64,000 nt of DNA from Lama glama (Eukaryota), in the NCBI GenBank assembly GCA_028534125.1, contig CM052836.1, positions 868,001 through 932,000 of the forward strand, given 5' to 3'. Below, one piece after another: positions 1 to 12,600 of this stretch. Position 1 is the stretch's first letter, and every line of letters starts with the position of its first letter. Both the position numbers and the translations under genes were made by a program. The notes beneath the pieces are model-generated. The model did no database searches, was not told where the DNA came from, and was given only the letters and a program-made list of their open reading frames with translations.

Positions 1-132
1 GAGGCTTTGCGGGAACGTAACAGGGCTCGCCAGCCTGCGGACCGCCCACGGCTGCTCCAGGCTGCAACAGCCCGGCCCCTGGGGCCTCGAGCAGTCAAGC
101 TTGGTCCTTTAGAGAAAAGCCTGCAGCCCTGG
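1..132. mobile_element. Possible MER58-like DNA transposon end
   Basis: tggtcctttagagaaaagcctgcagccctg resembles the MER58 terminus. Confidence 0.4.
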
Positions 133-494
133 AGTAGGAGGAAGTGCCCTGCTGTTACTCAGAGGACGGTTTTCTGCAGTGATGAGGCGGTGCACAGGTG
201 GCGCACCGGCCGGCGGGGGCTCGGCCTCACCGAGTCCCGGACACGAGGAAGTGCTTTCACAGGCCAGTGACGACGCGCCCCCAGCGCTGGTCCCGACAGC
301 TCAGTGAGGCTCTGTCAGCTTTTAGGACAGTTGTCGTCCCTCCACCCCAAGCCCCACAGCTCATGGAAGGACCTTCTGTAAGAGCCTGAAGGTCGGCTCA
401 TCTGGGCCAGACAGACGGCGCGGACTGCCCGGCCCAGCCCAGCCTGTGGCCGCTGAGACGCGGGGCCACCCACCCAGCTGCCCGGTCACTTTAC

Positions 495-610
495 CTTCTT
501 GGAGGACAGCAGCAGGGTCTGGACCGGCTCGAAGTCCTGGAAGAGCTGTGTCTCCTCGATGATGTGGACGTCATTCTCAAGGTTGATGGCTTTGTGCAGG
601 GCGCCCCGGT
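495..610 (-). CDS. SEMA4D: SEMA4D coding exon 11 (116 nt; [39 protein letters not shown])
   Basis: Peptide match; acceptor tcgcag, donor AAG|GTAAAG; the next exon lies outside the window. Confidence 0.96.
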
Positions 611-3600
611 CTGCGAGGTCAAAGGTCAAAGCTATAGGTCAGTCCCCGAGGGGAGAGGATGGTCAGTGGCAAATGGTCACCCTTCCTCCCCTCACTCCCT
701 CCCCCAACAGGAGGCTTAGAAACAGATGGTGTTTTTGCATCAGAAACAGAAGAGGAAAAGCAAAATAAACAGCTGGAAACCCAAACAGCACAAGCTGCTC
801 CCGTTCTTTTCTGGGAAGTACACAGCCCTTTGCTGACCCCGACTTCCCTCATCAGCATGGTCAACGTGCCACCCGAACAAATGGGGCATGTTTCCTGGGC
901 TCCAGGGGCCTCGGGGGTGCCAACCCCCTGGAGCCCCAGGCCAGGAGGGCGGGGGCTGGACAGAGCCGCAGCGGCCGCAGCACCTGGCCGCCATCCCTGT
1001 TCTGGGAGCACCTGTGTCAGGCCAGGGGCGACCAGGAAAGGCATGCCTCACACAGCAGGTCAGGACAGGCCTTGAACTCAGCCACGGGGAGCTGGGACGT
1101 GCGTATCTGCCGGCTCTCATCTCGCCTCCCCAGGCACCACCCGGCCTCCCTTTACACCAGCCCAGACCCTTCAGACCTGAATTTCCAGATCTGGGCCAAG
1201 ACTCGCATTATTAACCAGTGCCCCAGGTGGTCTGACGGCCACTGAGATCTGAAGCCACCTTCTTAGAAATCCTCCCACGCTCTAAGAAACCACCCAGGCA
1301 CCGGGGGGAGGGAGACGCTGGCAGCATGCAGCAGAGATGCGCCGGACTTACCCACGTCCTCGCCCAGGGCGCGGGACCCACCTGTGCTGACAAACATGAC
1401 ATCGTAGACGGTCCCGTCCAGGGCCTGGGTCCTGTCCACCACGATCTGCGTGTAGTTCGCGTCGGTTTTGACCAGCCGGGGCCTGTTGTCTACCGGGGTC
1501 ACGGAGTCGTCCATCAGCGGGTGATCTTTGACAAACTGCAGGGTCTTGTCTGGCAGGTTGAGCGAGCTGGAGAGGTTGGCCGCCCGCGCCTCCCGGTTGA
1601 TACACTGCAGGGGGCAGACCAGCCGTCAGCACGCACGCACTCGGGCGCGCAGCACACGCTCCGAGCAAAAGCTGAGGCTTCCCCGAGGTGCGAAGCTCGG
1701 GACCCCAGAGTGGGCTTCTTTGAAACATGGAAAAACTGAGGTGACTGTCCCCCAGGAATCTGAAGACGTAGTTATAAAGCACGTGGGAAAGGCAACGATC
1801 TCTTCGTCCACAAGACACAGTTGTGTCTCACGATATGTAATGATTTTCGTCTCTTCATAAGTGAAAAAAGTGTGTCAGGCTTTTGAAATTAAAAATAAAT
1901 ATTTATCATTTGCTAGCTCTCCTGGAAAAGAAGCCTGGAAAATTCACTAAAAACAGTCCAATTCTAAATACAAGGAGCACAAAGGTCAAGAGAATGAAGG
2001 ATCTTTTCTCCACCCAGCACCTGCTGTGCAAAAACCAAAATTCATGGCCACAAGTGAACACCTTTTGCTTAATGACATGCATGAAAGGGCATGGGCCAGG
2101 TCAGCAGGGGTGTGGGGCCCAGGGAGGGGGACCGTCCCTGGGGTGAGCTCCGAGCACCAGACCACTCGCCCAGGTCACAGCCCCGCCTGACCAGTCACAC
2201 AACAAAAGGAGGCAGCCACACAGGCCTAGAAACCCAATTCATTACTTTCAGAAAAAATGTGACTCCCATTAATGAATGGAGAGTATCGCTCAACTCTTTG
2301 CTAAGAAATCGTGTGTTTCTTTTGCAGGAAACAGAAAATGAAACAGAGCTGGTTTCATTACGCAACGTGAATCCCACACGATGCTAATCCCGTGCCAGCC
2401 GGGACAGCCTTCCTGTCCGGGGAGCACGTCGCACCAGCTGTCACACAGCACGCCGACGAGCAGGGCCAGGGGAAGGGGGAGCGCGCCCGCCGCCCCTCCC
2501 CACCGCCCGCAGCCCCGGCCCGCTCACCGCCCCGGGCTGCGGCGTGGGCACCGGCCCGTTGTAGCGCACCCACTTGGTGTGGGACTGCTCCACCGTGGCG
2601 CTCTGCATGTACTTCCCGCTGGCGAAGACCGCCTCGGCCGTGGACAGGTTGTAGGCACACACGGCCGACAGCCCCACATTGTTCCTGGTGGGGAGGGGCG
2701 ATGTGACTGCCCTGGGTCGGGGGGGGGGGTGCGGAGAAGACAGCCCCGCCCCCGCCCGCCCGGGGCACTCACAGCTGCGGGGTGAAGACCCCGTAGAACA
2801 CGGGCTCCTTCAGGCCCGGCGCCCGGAGGACGAAGACGTCCCGCAGCACGTTGAAGACGAGGTTGCTCTCCGGCCGGGAGCAGATGAGCCTGGCCTTCAG
2901 GAAGGAGGTCCACTTCTTCTGTAAGGTCCTCAAGCCGCCCTGGTCCCCCTGAAACCCAAAGACGGGCGTGGCAGGGGGAGGGCAGGCGCCCCCACGGGCG
3001 GGCGGTAAGGGACGCACTCGGGCCCAGAACAGCTCTTCTTAACGAAAGGCAGCAGAGGCCTGCAGACCGCTCCGCAGCCCCGGCACGCCTCCCACGGCAG
3101 CTCGCGCCCCGGATCCAAGCGCAAAACCGAGCCGGCAGGTAACTCCCCCGACGAGGCATCACCCAGTCGCAGCCGGAGCCGCCCGACTGCCCACGCCCAG
3201 TGTCCCGCAGCAGACGCCCCTTGTCCTCGAACACAGTCATTGCTGCGGCCTTTGGCTCGTGTGCCTCTCCAGACTCACGGCCCGGCTGTGAGTGACCCGT
3301 GGCGCCAGGGGCCGGTGGGCGCACGGGCGCCCCCGTCTGTCTCAGGTCAACTGCGTAGGTGTGGTCCCCCCAAAAGGTGCTCCTTGTGGGAGATCAGACC
3401 CTCACTTCCCGCCGGCCCCGAGCGACCTGCTGGTCTCTGGACCTGCCAGGTTCTCCACGAACACTTTTTAGGAAAATGACCACCAAGAGACAGTCGTCAA
3501 CACCCCTGACGTGACTTAAGTCTGGAGAGAAACGGTGAAACTGGGGCGACCGGACACACGTGAAATCGAAGTGTCCTTCTTTATCCTGGACACGCTGAAA

Positions 3601-6600
3601 CACGTTCCTCCCGCCTTCACACTGGAGCGGCAAATCCCAGTTCCGGGAGAATCTGGCTAATAACAGCACAGGAAAACTAACTTCCTATAAACCAGGGGAG
3701 GTTGGAGGAAGGTGTGGTCGGCGCAGGTCTGACCGCCACACACAGGTGCCGGTGCTCCGCACCCGACGCCCGTCCACACCGGCATTTCAGTGGCGCCCGG
3801 ATGACATGAGGTCACCGAGGGCTGGAACCAGGGAGAAGCGGGGAGGGCGCTCACCTTGCACACCCTCGCCACCCGGGGGATCAGCAGCTTGAAGACAAAC
3901 TCGTATTCCACAGACACCTCCGTGAAGAAGAAATAGACCCTGTCGTCCTCGCCGTCGTCCAGGCTCTCTCGGATGACGTCGGAAAACACGAAGCTGGGCT
4001 CTGCAGGGAGCACTCTGGTTGCCACTGTGCCCACAGAGCGGCCCGGGCGCCCCCTACAAAGGACGTGAGGGGGCCCCGCCACGCCCCAGACTAACTCCAG
4101 GCCCAGGAAGGGCGGCGGTGCCCAGCACGTCCTCCTCGGCCTAAGGAGACGCCTGAGATGGTGGTTCTGAAGCACACCCTCCGGGGCCACCCCGAGAACG
4201 GAGCTGGGGCTCCCAACAGGCAGGCAGACTGGGGGCCCCAGGGAGCCAGATCCCGCTGTCCCTGGGGACCCGCTGGAAGACATGCACCTGCCGGTTCCAA
4301 CAGCACACGCCTGAAGTGGACAAATTCCCGACCACCAGACCCAGGGGCCCCGAGGCTCTGGCTCTGCCTGGCTGGCACCCACGAGAACAGTCCTGTGGGA
4401 GCAGCTGAGGGCCCCTGCACCGTGAACCCGACGTGGACACACGACGCTCAGAGGTGAGGTTATAACATCACGTGCCGATCTGATGAGCCTGGTTCGCCGC
4501 TCTGAGCCTCCCAGATCCATTCTCAAGGAGGGGTAAAGGCAGACTTAAGGCAGCACCCCCTCAGCAGAGCAGAGAACAGCGAGGGCCCTGGCTGCTGGCC
4601 GTGCGGCCCCAGCAGCTCCTGGAGCGCCCTGACCACGCGGGGGCACACGCGGGCGGGCTGGGAGCCAGGAAGGGGACAGCCAGAGCCGGGGCCCTGCTGG
4701 CGGGGAAGCGACCCCAGGCGGAAAGGCACCTTGGCTGGCGCCGCCTGCTCCTTACCGTTCAGCCAGGGTATCGCGTACTCTGTTCTCAGAGGGCTGTGGG
4801 AGGAATTTCGGGAGATGATGGGCTCGCTTCCCAAAAAGTTGTACGACGTCCCGGAATAAAGCTCTCCGTCTTCGGTGGCCCAGGGGGAGAGCGGAAAAGG
4901 GGATCAATGCCAGTGCTGGGGACAGACGCTCAGCGCCACGCTCCCCTTCCCGACCCAACAGCAGTCGCCCCGGGACCCAGACAGCCCACCGCCCTGCCGC
5001 TGGCCACGTGCTTCTGTTTCGTCTCTGTGACACGGGGCATCTCACGCTCCACGGCAAACTGCACCGCATGGGCCTTACGGGCAGTCAGTAAGCCAAGCAA
5101 GGAAATCCTGCCTCCAGCGAATCAGCAAATACACCGGAGGCCGCACACAGGGCTCGGCCGGTCCGCCTCGGGCGCACAAGGACCACGCCCAGGCAGGCCG
5201 GGCTCAGGCACCAACTCTCCTCGAGCGGGGGCACCGACTCCGTGTGACCGACCACGCCAGACAATTTGCACAAAGGATGTAAAATCTTCTCTCCCCAGTT
5301 CTACCTTGGGGACCGTGGTGGCGGCAAGTTATCCAACCGAACAATGAACTCAAAAGCTGCTATCAGGGGGCCCGCGGAGAGGCGCCTGTACCTCTCGTGA
5401 GGACTGTGAACATGGGAGTGAAGCAGGGGGGACCCTGCGGAGGAGGAGGGGGCCCGGGGTCCAGCAGAGCTGAGAGCCGGAAACTCACCGACCATGACAG
5501 ACGTGTAGCTCTGCGCGGGGTCGAAGGGACACCTCCCTTTGCCATCTTCATTTTTCCCCAGAAACTGAAAGGATGTTAAGCTCTATAATGGAACGAGAAG
5601 AAAGAGAATCACAACGTGTCTGCGTTTCTGCAGTCATAGCGTTGTCTTTGTTGCACGGTTTAATTACAGACTCGCTCCTCCGGGGGGACGGAGGGGAGAG
5701 CGCATGTGCAGCCAGCCCCCGAGTCCCGGTCTGGACGCCGGCGTCTCGGCGTGCTCGCTTTGACACCCTTGAGAGCTCCTTGAGATTCTGGAGCCTCGGT
5801 TTGCTCCTCTGTAAGACAAGCACAGCGGTGCTGATGGCTCAAGGGCTGTCGAGCAGCCAGGGCAACCCAAACACAGGACGTGCTCTGGAATGAGCAGAGG
5901 ACACGTGCAGAATCCTAACGTCCACAGAGATGGCCCTCGTGGCAGCGGGGGACCCGGCCAGCCAACGAACAGATGACAGGAAGGAGCAGGACCTCCCCCT
6001 CATTCTGCCACCAAAACCCACTGCAGATGGATCAGTGACTTGAAAATTAAAAACGGAACCGTGCTGCGTGAACAGAGATTTCAGTCTTAGGACAATCCTG
6101 TCACCTAGCGAGAGAGCCCGGATCAAGTCGGGGAGAGAGACAACGGACAGAGCCAACACGCAGAGGACCGGGCGGCTCCTGTCGACAGAAAGAATGAGAC
6201 AGAGACCAGCAACAGTGACCACGTGGGGGGAAAGCCTGCAAAATGGGGCGTCTCCACCCCGAACGTGTCACAAGCTTGTTCAAATGAGGTAAGAAGGCAC
6301 CCAGGAGGAAAATGGTCAAAACACAGCAAGTGAGAGGAAGAAGAAACCCACGGGGCAGCGCAGACAGGAGAGGGTGCTCCGAGCTACCGGAAACCCAGCA
6401 AGCACGCGGAAACGGGCGCGGGAGGCGATTTTCCACCCAGCAGCCTGGAGGAGCTCCAGAAGGTGGACAGCCTGCCTGCGGGGGTGGACGAGCCGCCTCA
6501 CTGTCTGTCTGCCTGCCTGCCTGAGGGAGGGAGGGGAACGTGTCACAGCCACAGAGCAGAAAGGGCCCAGGCGCACGAGGAAAGCCGCGGCCACGTTTCT

Positions 6601-9600
6601 AGCAGGCGGGTGAAGCGACACGCTCCGCTTCGGTCACCAGGCGTGAACCGGGGCTGCCAGGGCACTCACTTGGCGCGACCCGCGGGCCCAGTTCCCAGGG
6701 AATGTTTGGGGAAATCTGCGCGAGGACTGAAGGTGAGGTGACACCGGGGAACTCCTAAGTCTTAGATGTGATGACAGACTTGGCATGACGCAGGAAAATG
6801 CCATTACTCTTAGGCACGTGACAGCATTCAGGGGTCACGGGCCACAGCTGCGCACGCTCCCCACTGTGCGGTCCAGGTGCTTGGGACACGCGGGCAGGAC
6901 CAACTGTGCTGTCGGCTTGAAAAACTTTTTAAATGTTGGGGGAAAAAATACAGGTCTAGCTTGAAATGGAATATACGATTCCCCGACTTCAACAAACGAC
7001 GTGTCTATGGAACTGAAGTTTAAATTCCACACGCTAAGATTCTAACTAGAGTTTAGCCAGGAAGCCCTTTCACGTACCCAATGTTCCTAATACGACTACT
7101 ACGCAGTCCGTGGCTGAGGACCGCAGGTCTCGGCGTCTCGAGCACCCCCCACCCCGACACCAACCTCGGCCGCGGGGTCTGTGGACAGACGGCCCGGCAG
7201 ACCCAGGCCACGTGCGGACCCCTCCCCAGGGGTCCGTGTGAACACCAGCCTTTCCAGGCAGATCCTTACTTCGCCACACCTTGTCCTATCATCAACCTCT
7301 GACTCAGGCTTGGAAAATATTTTAAAGTTCCAACTGATTTAGGGTTTAAGCAGAGTAAGCCCTCCGCGCCGGCGTACTTCACGTGTGACGGGTGCTCGCT
7401 AAGTCAGGGTAGAAGGTGGGCCTCATTTTCAACCCTCACGTGCATTTAAAACACTCCTCCTCCCCATCTGTGGTCGTTACAAATGGCTCATCAGATCCTC
7501 TGGGGACGAAGATTACCTCCGGGAGAGACACCGCCCGCTAACGCCCTCGCTCCTTCCAGCTCACAGTCGCAGGTGAGTCAGCAGCGGCGGGAGGGCGGGG
7601 TGAGGGCGGGGGCCCTCTCCCCAGGACCCTGGCGCAGCGGAAGGCAACTGACCAGGCTCGGGGTGAGTCGGGGACGTGACGCAGGCGAGGGAGGGGCGAG
7701 GCCCTGCTTCTAAGCCCCAGCACACTCACTCGCCCTTGGAGGAGCGAATTCCAGAAGGGGCATCGGGGCAACTCACACCCCAGCAGCCGGCACCGGATGG
7801 CAGCGCCCCAGGACCAGAGGGGCAGACACGCGTCCTGGGGACAGCGGGCCCAGGCTGCTCTGAAGACCACACGTGGGATGGGGACACACATTCACTCCTC
7901 TTGGTTCTGGGGGCAGGACGCCAGGGATCAGGGAGCCAGCATGGTTAGCCCCTGGCGAGGAGCCCCTTCCTGGCTCGCAGACAGCGGCCTTCTTGCTGCG
8001 TCCTCACGTGGTGAGAGAGAGAGAACGGTCTCTGATGTCTCTTCCTCTTCTTGTGAGGCCATCATCCCATCGCATCAGGACTCCACCCTTAGGATCTCGT
8101 TTACCTTCACTTACCGGGGAATTATGGCTTCAACATATGGATTTGGGGGGGTCACAGACATTCAGCCCACAACATACACGAGCCAAGAACCGGGGATGGA
8201 CCTAGGAGCAGAGGTCCTGGCTTCCCCACTTGGCCAGGACCCAGCACGTAGCCAGGGCTCCTCAAACAGTGCAGAACGTGACAAAGAGAAGCAGGCAGGA
8301 CGCTGGGTCCCGGCTCACTGTGCTTCTCTGTCAACAACGCCCCTCCCAGGAGGTGCCCCGCTGCCAGCTTTGCACAGTGGGCCAGTGGCCCCGTGGGTCC
8401 TGCCCCGGCCACGCCCTCAGTCATGCTGAGAGGAGGCTGGCGAGAGGATGGGGCCTTCGGAGCTGCCCCATCCCCACACGGCCGCAGGGAGGAAACCCCC
8501 CGGGTCTGCAGAGTGGGGCTCACCGGGCGCTGCCCCCCGCCCTGCTCTGCTCTAACTGCTGGCCAGGGACGCGCTGCAGCCTTACCAGGTGGTCGCAGGC
8601 CGGCTGGAACGCGTTGGTCCCGCACACGTAAAGGGCGCTGGCACTCAGCAGCTGCAGCACGCGGATGTAGTTCAGGCATTCCGTCTACAAGGGCGGGAAG
8701 CGCACGGGTCAACCAGATGTCCTCACAGCCCGCCGGCGACGGGCCCCCGCCGGCGTGTTCACTGCTGCGTGTCCTCACACACCGGCCTGGCCCAGCCCTG
8801 CCCAGCATGGGGGGAGCAGACTCCCTGAGACCCGGCCCCACCCCTGGACATACCTCCATCTGCAGCAGGCTGAGGGCTTCTGTCTCCGCAGCGCCCACAG
8901 GCCGCTGTCACGTGCCAAGTGGATTTCACTCCAGGCACTAATTTGCACTCAGCAAAGATGTGCCGGCCAAAACAGCCATGGAAGCTGACCTCGAACCTCG
9001 CTGGACACCCACCATGGGAGAAGCCATGTTCGCTCCCTGAGCACACGCGCACCGGGCTGGCAGGCCCACAGGGAAGTGCGCTGTGCGGAATTCCCTCCGC
9101 CTTCCCCTGCTCTGGGGGGCCCCAGCCTCCACACCCCAGTGCGTGCAACTGGAAACAGTGCTTGTCAGGAGAGGGGTGTGTCTCACCCGCCCAGCTCAGG
9201 GCCGAGGCTGGACTAATGAGGGGTCCGCCTCAGAACGCCGCCGAGGAACCCACTATTTCAGGCTGAAATGTCCTTGGATTATACGTGCCAGTATCTGAAA
9301 TTATCCCTGCTCAGAAAAGTGTTTTTGTTTTTGTTTGTTTTCTTTGTGCCACGATTGTTCTTTAAACTGGCTTTAAACTCATCCTCCCCAAAAGGAACTG
9401 GGAGGGGCCCTGACCGCCGCACGGCCCCACGCGGGCGGCCAGAGCACTCGCCCTAATTTAGCTCCAGGGCCACTCCCTGCAGCGCCCAATGCTACACTGC
9501 AAGGCCTGCATGTTCCCTCGTTTCTCACACTAACTTGAATTTAGTGACTTTAAGTGAAAGTGTTGAGCATTTTGCTGAAAATAATTTAGCCAAAATTCTC

Positions 9601-12600
9601 TTACTTTTGGTTTTTAAAAAAACAATTTAACTGTTTTGAAATTAACTGGTAACTACTGCGATTTACAACTCAGTTGTCTACACCAACTGCCAAGACAGGG
9701 TCTTAAATTCTAAGACTCCAACACTGGCCCAGCACCAGTTAGACGCAGGGAGGCCCAGTGGGTGAGGGGGTAACCCAAGCTCGGGACGGAGACAGACCCT
9801 CAGCCCAGGGCTCCCAGACGGGCACCTGCTTCAGGTGCCCCGCATCTCCTGGAGAAGGAGCAGACTCTCAAGGGAGAGGTGCTGCCCCAAATCCAGGACC
9901 CCTGCACCCCCCGCCAGGCCGCTGGGGTGCAGCGGCGGCACGAACCCTGCACATCACACCTTCAGCCAACAGGCACCAGGCACTGCTTTCTGTAGTCAAA
10001 GTTTTAGGCCCTCTGAATAAATTCAGTTCAGATAACCTTTTAAGTAATTTGCAAAAGCTGTGTTTGGCACCTGCTTTGAGAGCCCCAAGCTCACCAGCTG
10101 GGCACAGAGGGGTCACCTGCAGGGGGAGTCGGGAGGACGTGACTGCTAGAATTCTGAGGGCTGGGCCACCGCCTGGGCGGTGCTGAGCAAGCCGGGGCAC
10201 GCGGGAGCGCAAAGCAACTAAGAAACGCCTGGGTGGCCTTTGAAGTCGGCCGACGAAGTTACCTGTTTTGACTTCCCCTTCTCCGCGCATTTGGCTTTTT
10301 TATCTTCTGAGACCTTCCAGTAGGCCTGTGAGGAGGAATGAGGGTCCATTTTAGTGCACGTTCCCCCTTTCAAAGGAGATGCTGGCATGAAAAACGTACA
10401 GTTCACAAAGCGCACGGTGGCGTCTAGAGCACAACTATTTCCCGAGACGGTAACATCCGAGGCGGCAAAGCGAGGCTCGGAGAGCAGGCACCGGGGCCCG
10501 TGAGCAACCGGTCCCGGGAAAGTTCTAGCCATGAGCCTCCCCCGCAGCCGGGGACCGGGAAGGCTGCTCCCGGATGCCGTGATTCACAACGAAGCAACTG
10601 CAAAAACTAAACGTGTGCAAGTGGGGAGGACTGAATTATTTATCAAAAAGCTGAACCACCGGCATTCTCAAGACCAGAGTGGGTTTCTTCATCCCTTCCG
10701 AAGTGACTCTGGAGTCCAGTAAAAAGTCTTTGCCGTTTACTTGAACCATCAGTGAAACGGCAGGATGATGAGTCTCTAAATGTTATGTGATGGCAGCAGG
10801 GGAAGGCAACGGAGCAGCGCGCGGGTGGAGCACCCTCCGCAGACGTGGGAAGCTCTGGGCTCCTGCTCCGTCCGCACCAGGTCTATGAGTCAGGCTGGCG
10901 GCGCCTCGGCCCCTCGCCCTCCAGGGGATGGGGAGCGACAGCCTGCGTCACCGAAGGCTCCCGCACTCCTGCTCCCCCTCCCCGAGACCCCCCACCTGCC
11001 TGTGTGATATTCCAGGGCTGATGCCAAATTATAATCTATTTCCCACCTCGAGAACCAAAGCCGGCCGTCAGGCGCTCAGAGGTCAGGAGGCACACATAGC
11101 GTCTCCACGGCAGTGGAGTGAGTCCCTCAGCAGTGTTGCCAGAGGACTGGGAGTCCCAACCAGGCCCCACGAAAGCAGAACAAAGCCCCATTTCAAACAG
11201 CAGCCGCCTTTAGAAACCAAAATGCGGGGAGTTTAACCATCATCTACGCACAACGCCTGAGGACATGGGAACGGAGCTCTGACGGGCCCCTGATCACATT
11301 CCTGGGGTGGCCCTGAGGCGCGGCTGTGGCCCTTTCACCTTTTCTCTTCGTCTACGTCTACGGGGCCCAAGGCCTCTCGGTCACCCCAAGGGGCCGCAGT
11401 GGCCGAGCACCCGCGGGCCGGCGTGTGTGCGCAGTGGAACCGCGGTTCTTCCAGGATGACACCCTGGAGGGCGGCATTGGCCCCTGTCATGGGGAAAGGG
11501 GTGTGAAGGACAGGGGGTGGGGCTGAGTTCCAGGAGGCAGGCCCGGGCTCCCTCTGCTCTGAGCGTAGGGCGTAGAGTCAGGAGACAAAACCAAACCAAA
11601 AAACTAAGGCGTCTGGGGCAGAAAATGCACAAGATGAGTGTGGACCGGCTCGACTCCAGAGAGCAACAAAACCACACCAGCCGCTGGGGTCGCGTCTAAG
11701 GACTCGGGAGCCATGGAGAGGCCGTCAGAGGCCAGGAGGGGACAATCCGGGCATTGAGAACGGCTCGGGGCACTTCCAACATGTTTAAATCCATGAGTCA
11801 TGGTCGTGCTGAAAAAAAATCCATCAAAACACTCTCTCCCTTTGGAGAGAATGAACTCATTATTTTGAAAACCTGTAAATCGTGGCAAGGATTTCAAGCA
11901 CTGGTCCTGCCATTCCCAGAGGAACCGGCGTCGGGAGGCGTAATCAGCTGCTGACAGACAACGTGCCAGCTCACAGGCGGGGAAGGGAAGGCAGAGTTGG
12001 AACGTCCCGTTTTGCAACCCTTAACGTGCGTGTGGCTCTGGGCTGTGACGGGCAGGGGCTGGCTGGAGGGTCCTGCCTCTCACAGGAGCCAGGCCGAGGC
12101 TGGGGGCTGGACAGGACTGCGAGGGGCTTTCCCAGCGAGTGGACCCAGGGCGGCTCCCAGAAACAGACCTCGACAGAGCGCCCGGCCACACCGACAGCCT
12201 GATTTCAACCCGATCAAACAGGACAGGACAGCCAAACGTCAGTTACGAGAGAGTCCGTGAAACGGGAACCCTATCTGATGTTAATGTTTCGGACGTGATC
12301 ATGATACTCTGGTGATTCTGAAGAGAAAAAAAAGGCGTCCTTTCCTACAGGGGATGCCCAGGGAAACATCTGCAGATGAAGAGTGTTTGGGATTTGCCTC
12401 ACAGCCTCCTGGGGGGGCGCAGAGGAGGGGGACGCGGGAGGGAGGACGGGGGTGAACCCCTGGCCTGCAGGAGCCTCGATGGTACAGGGTTCATCACATC
12501 ACTCCCTCCGCTCCCACGTATGCCTCAGATTTTTCTGTAATAAACAGTTCAAAAATCCAAGATGAAAAGAGGGCGGCCCCAGGTGAGCTGCCGGCCCGGG

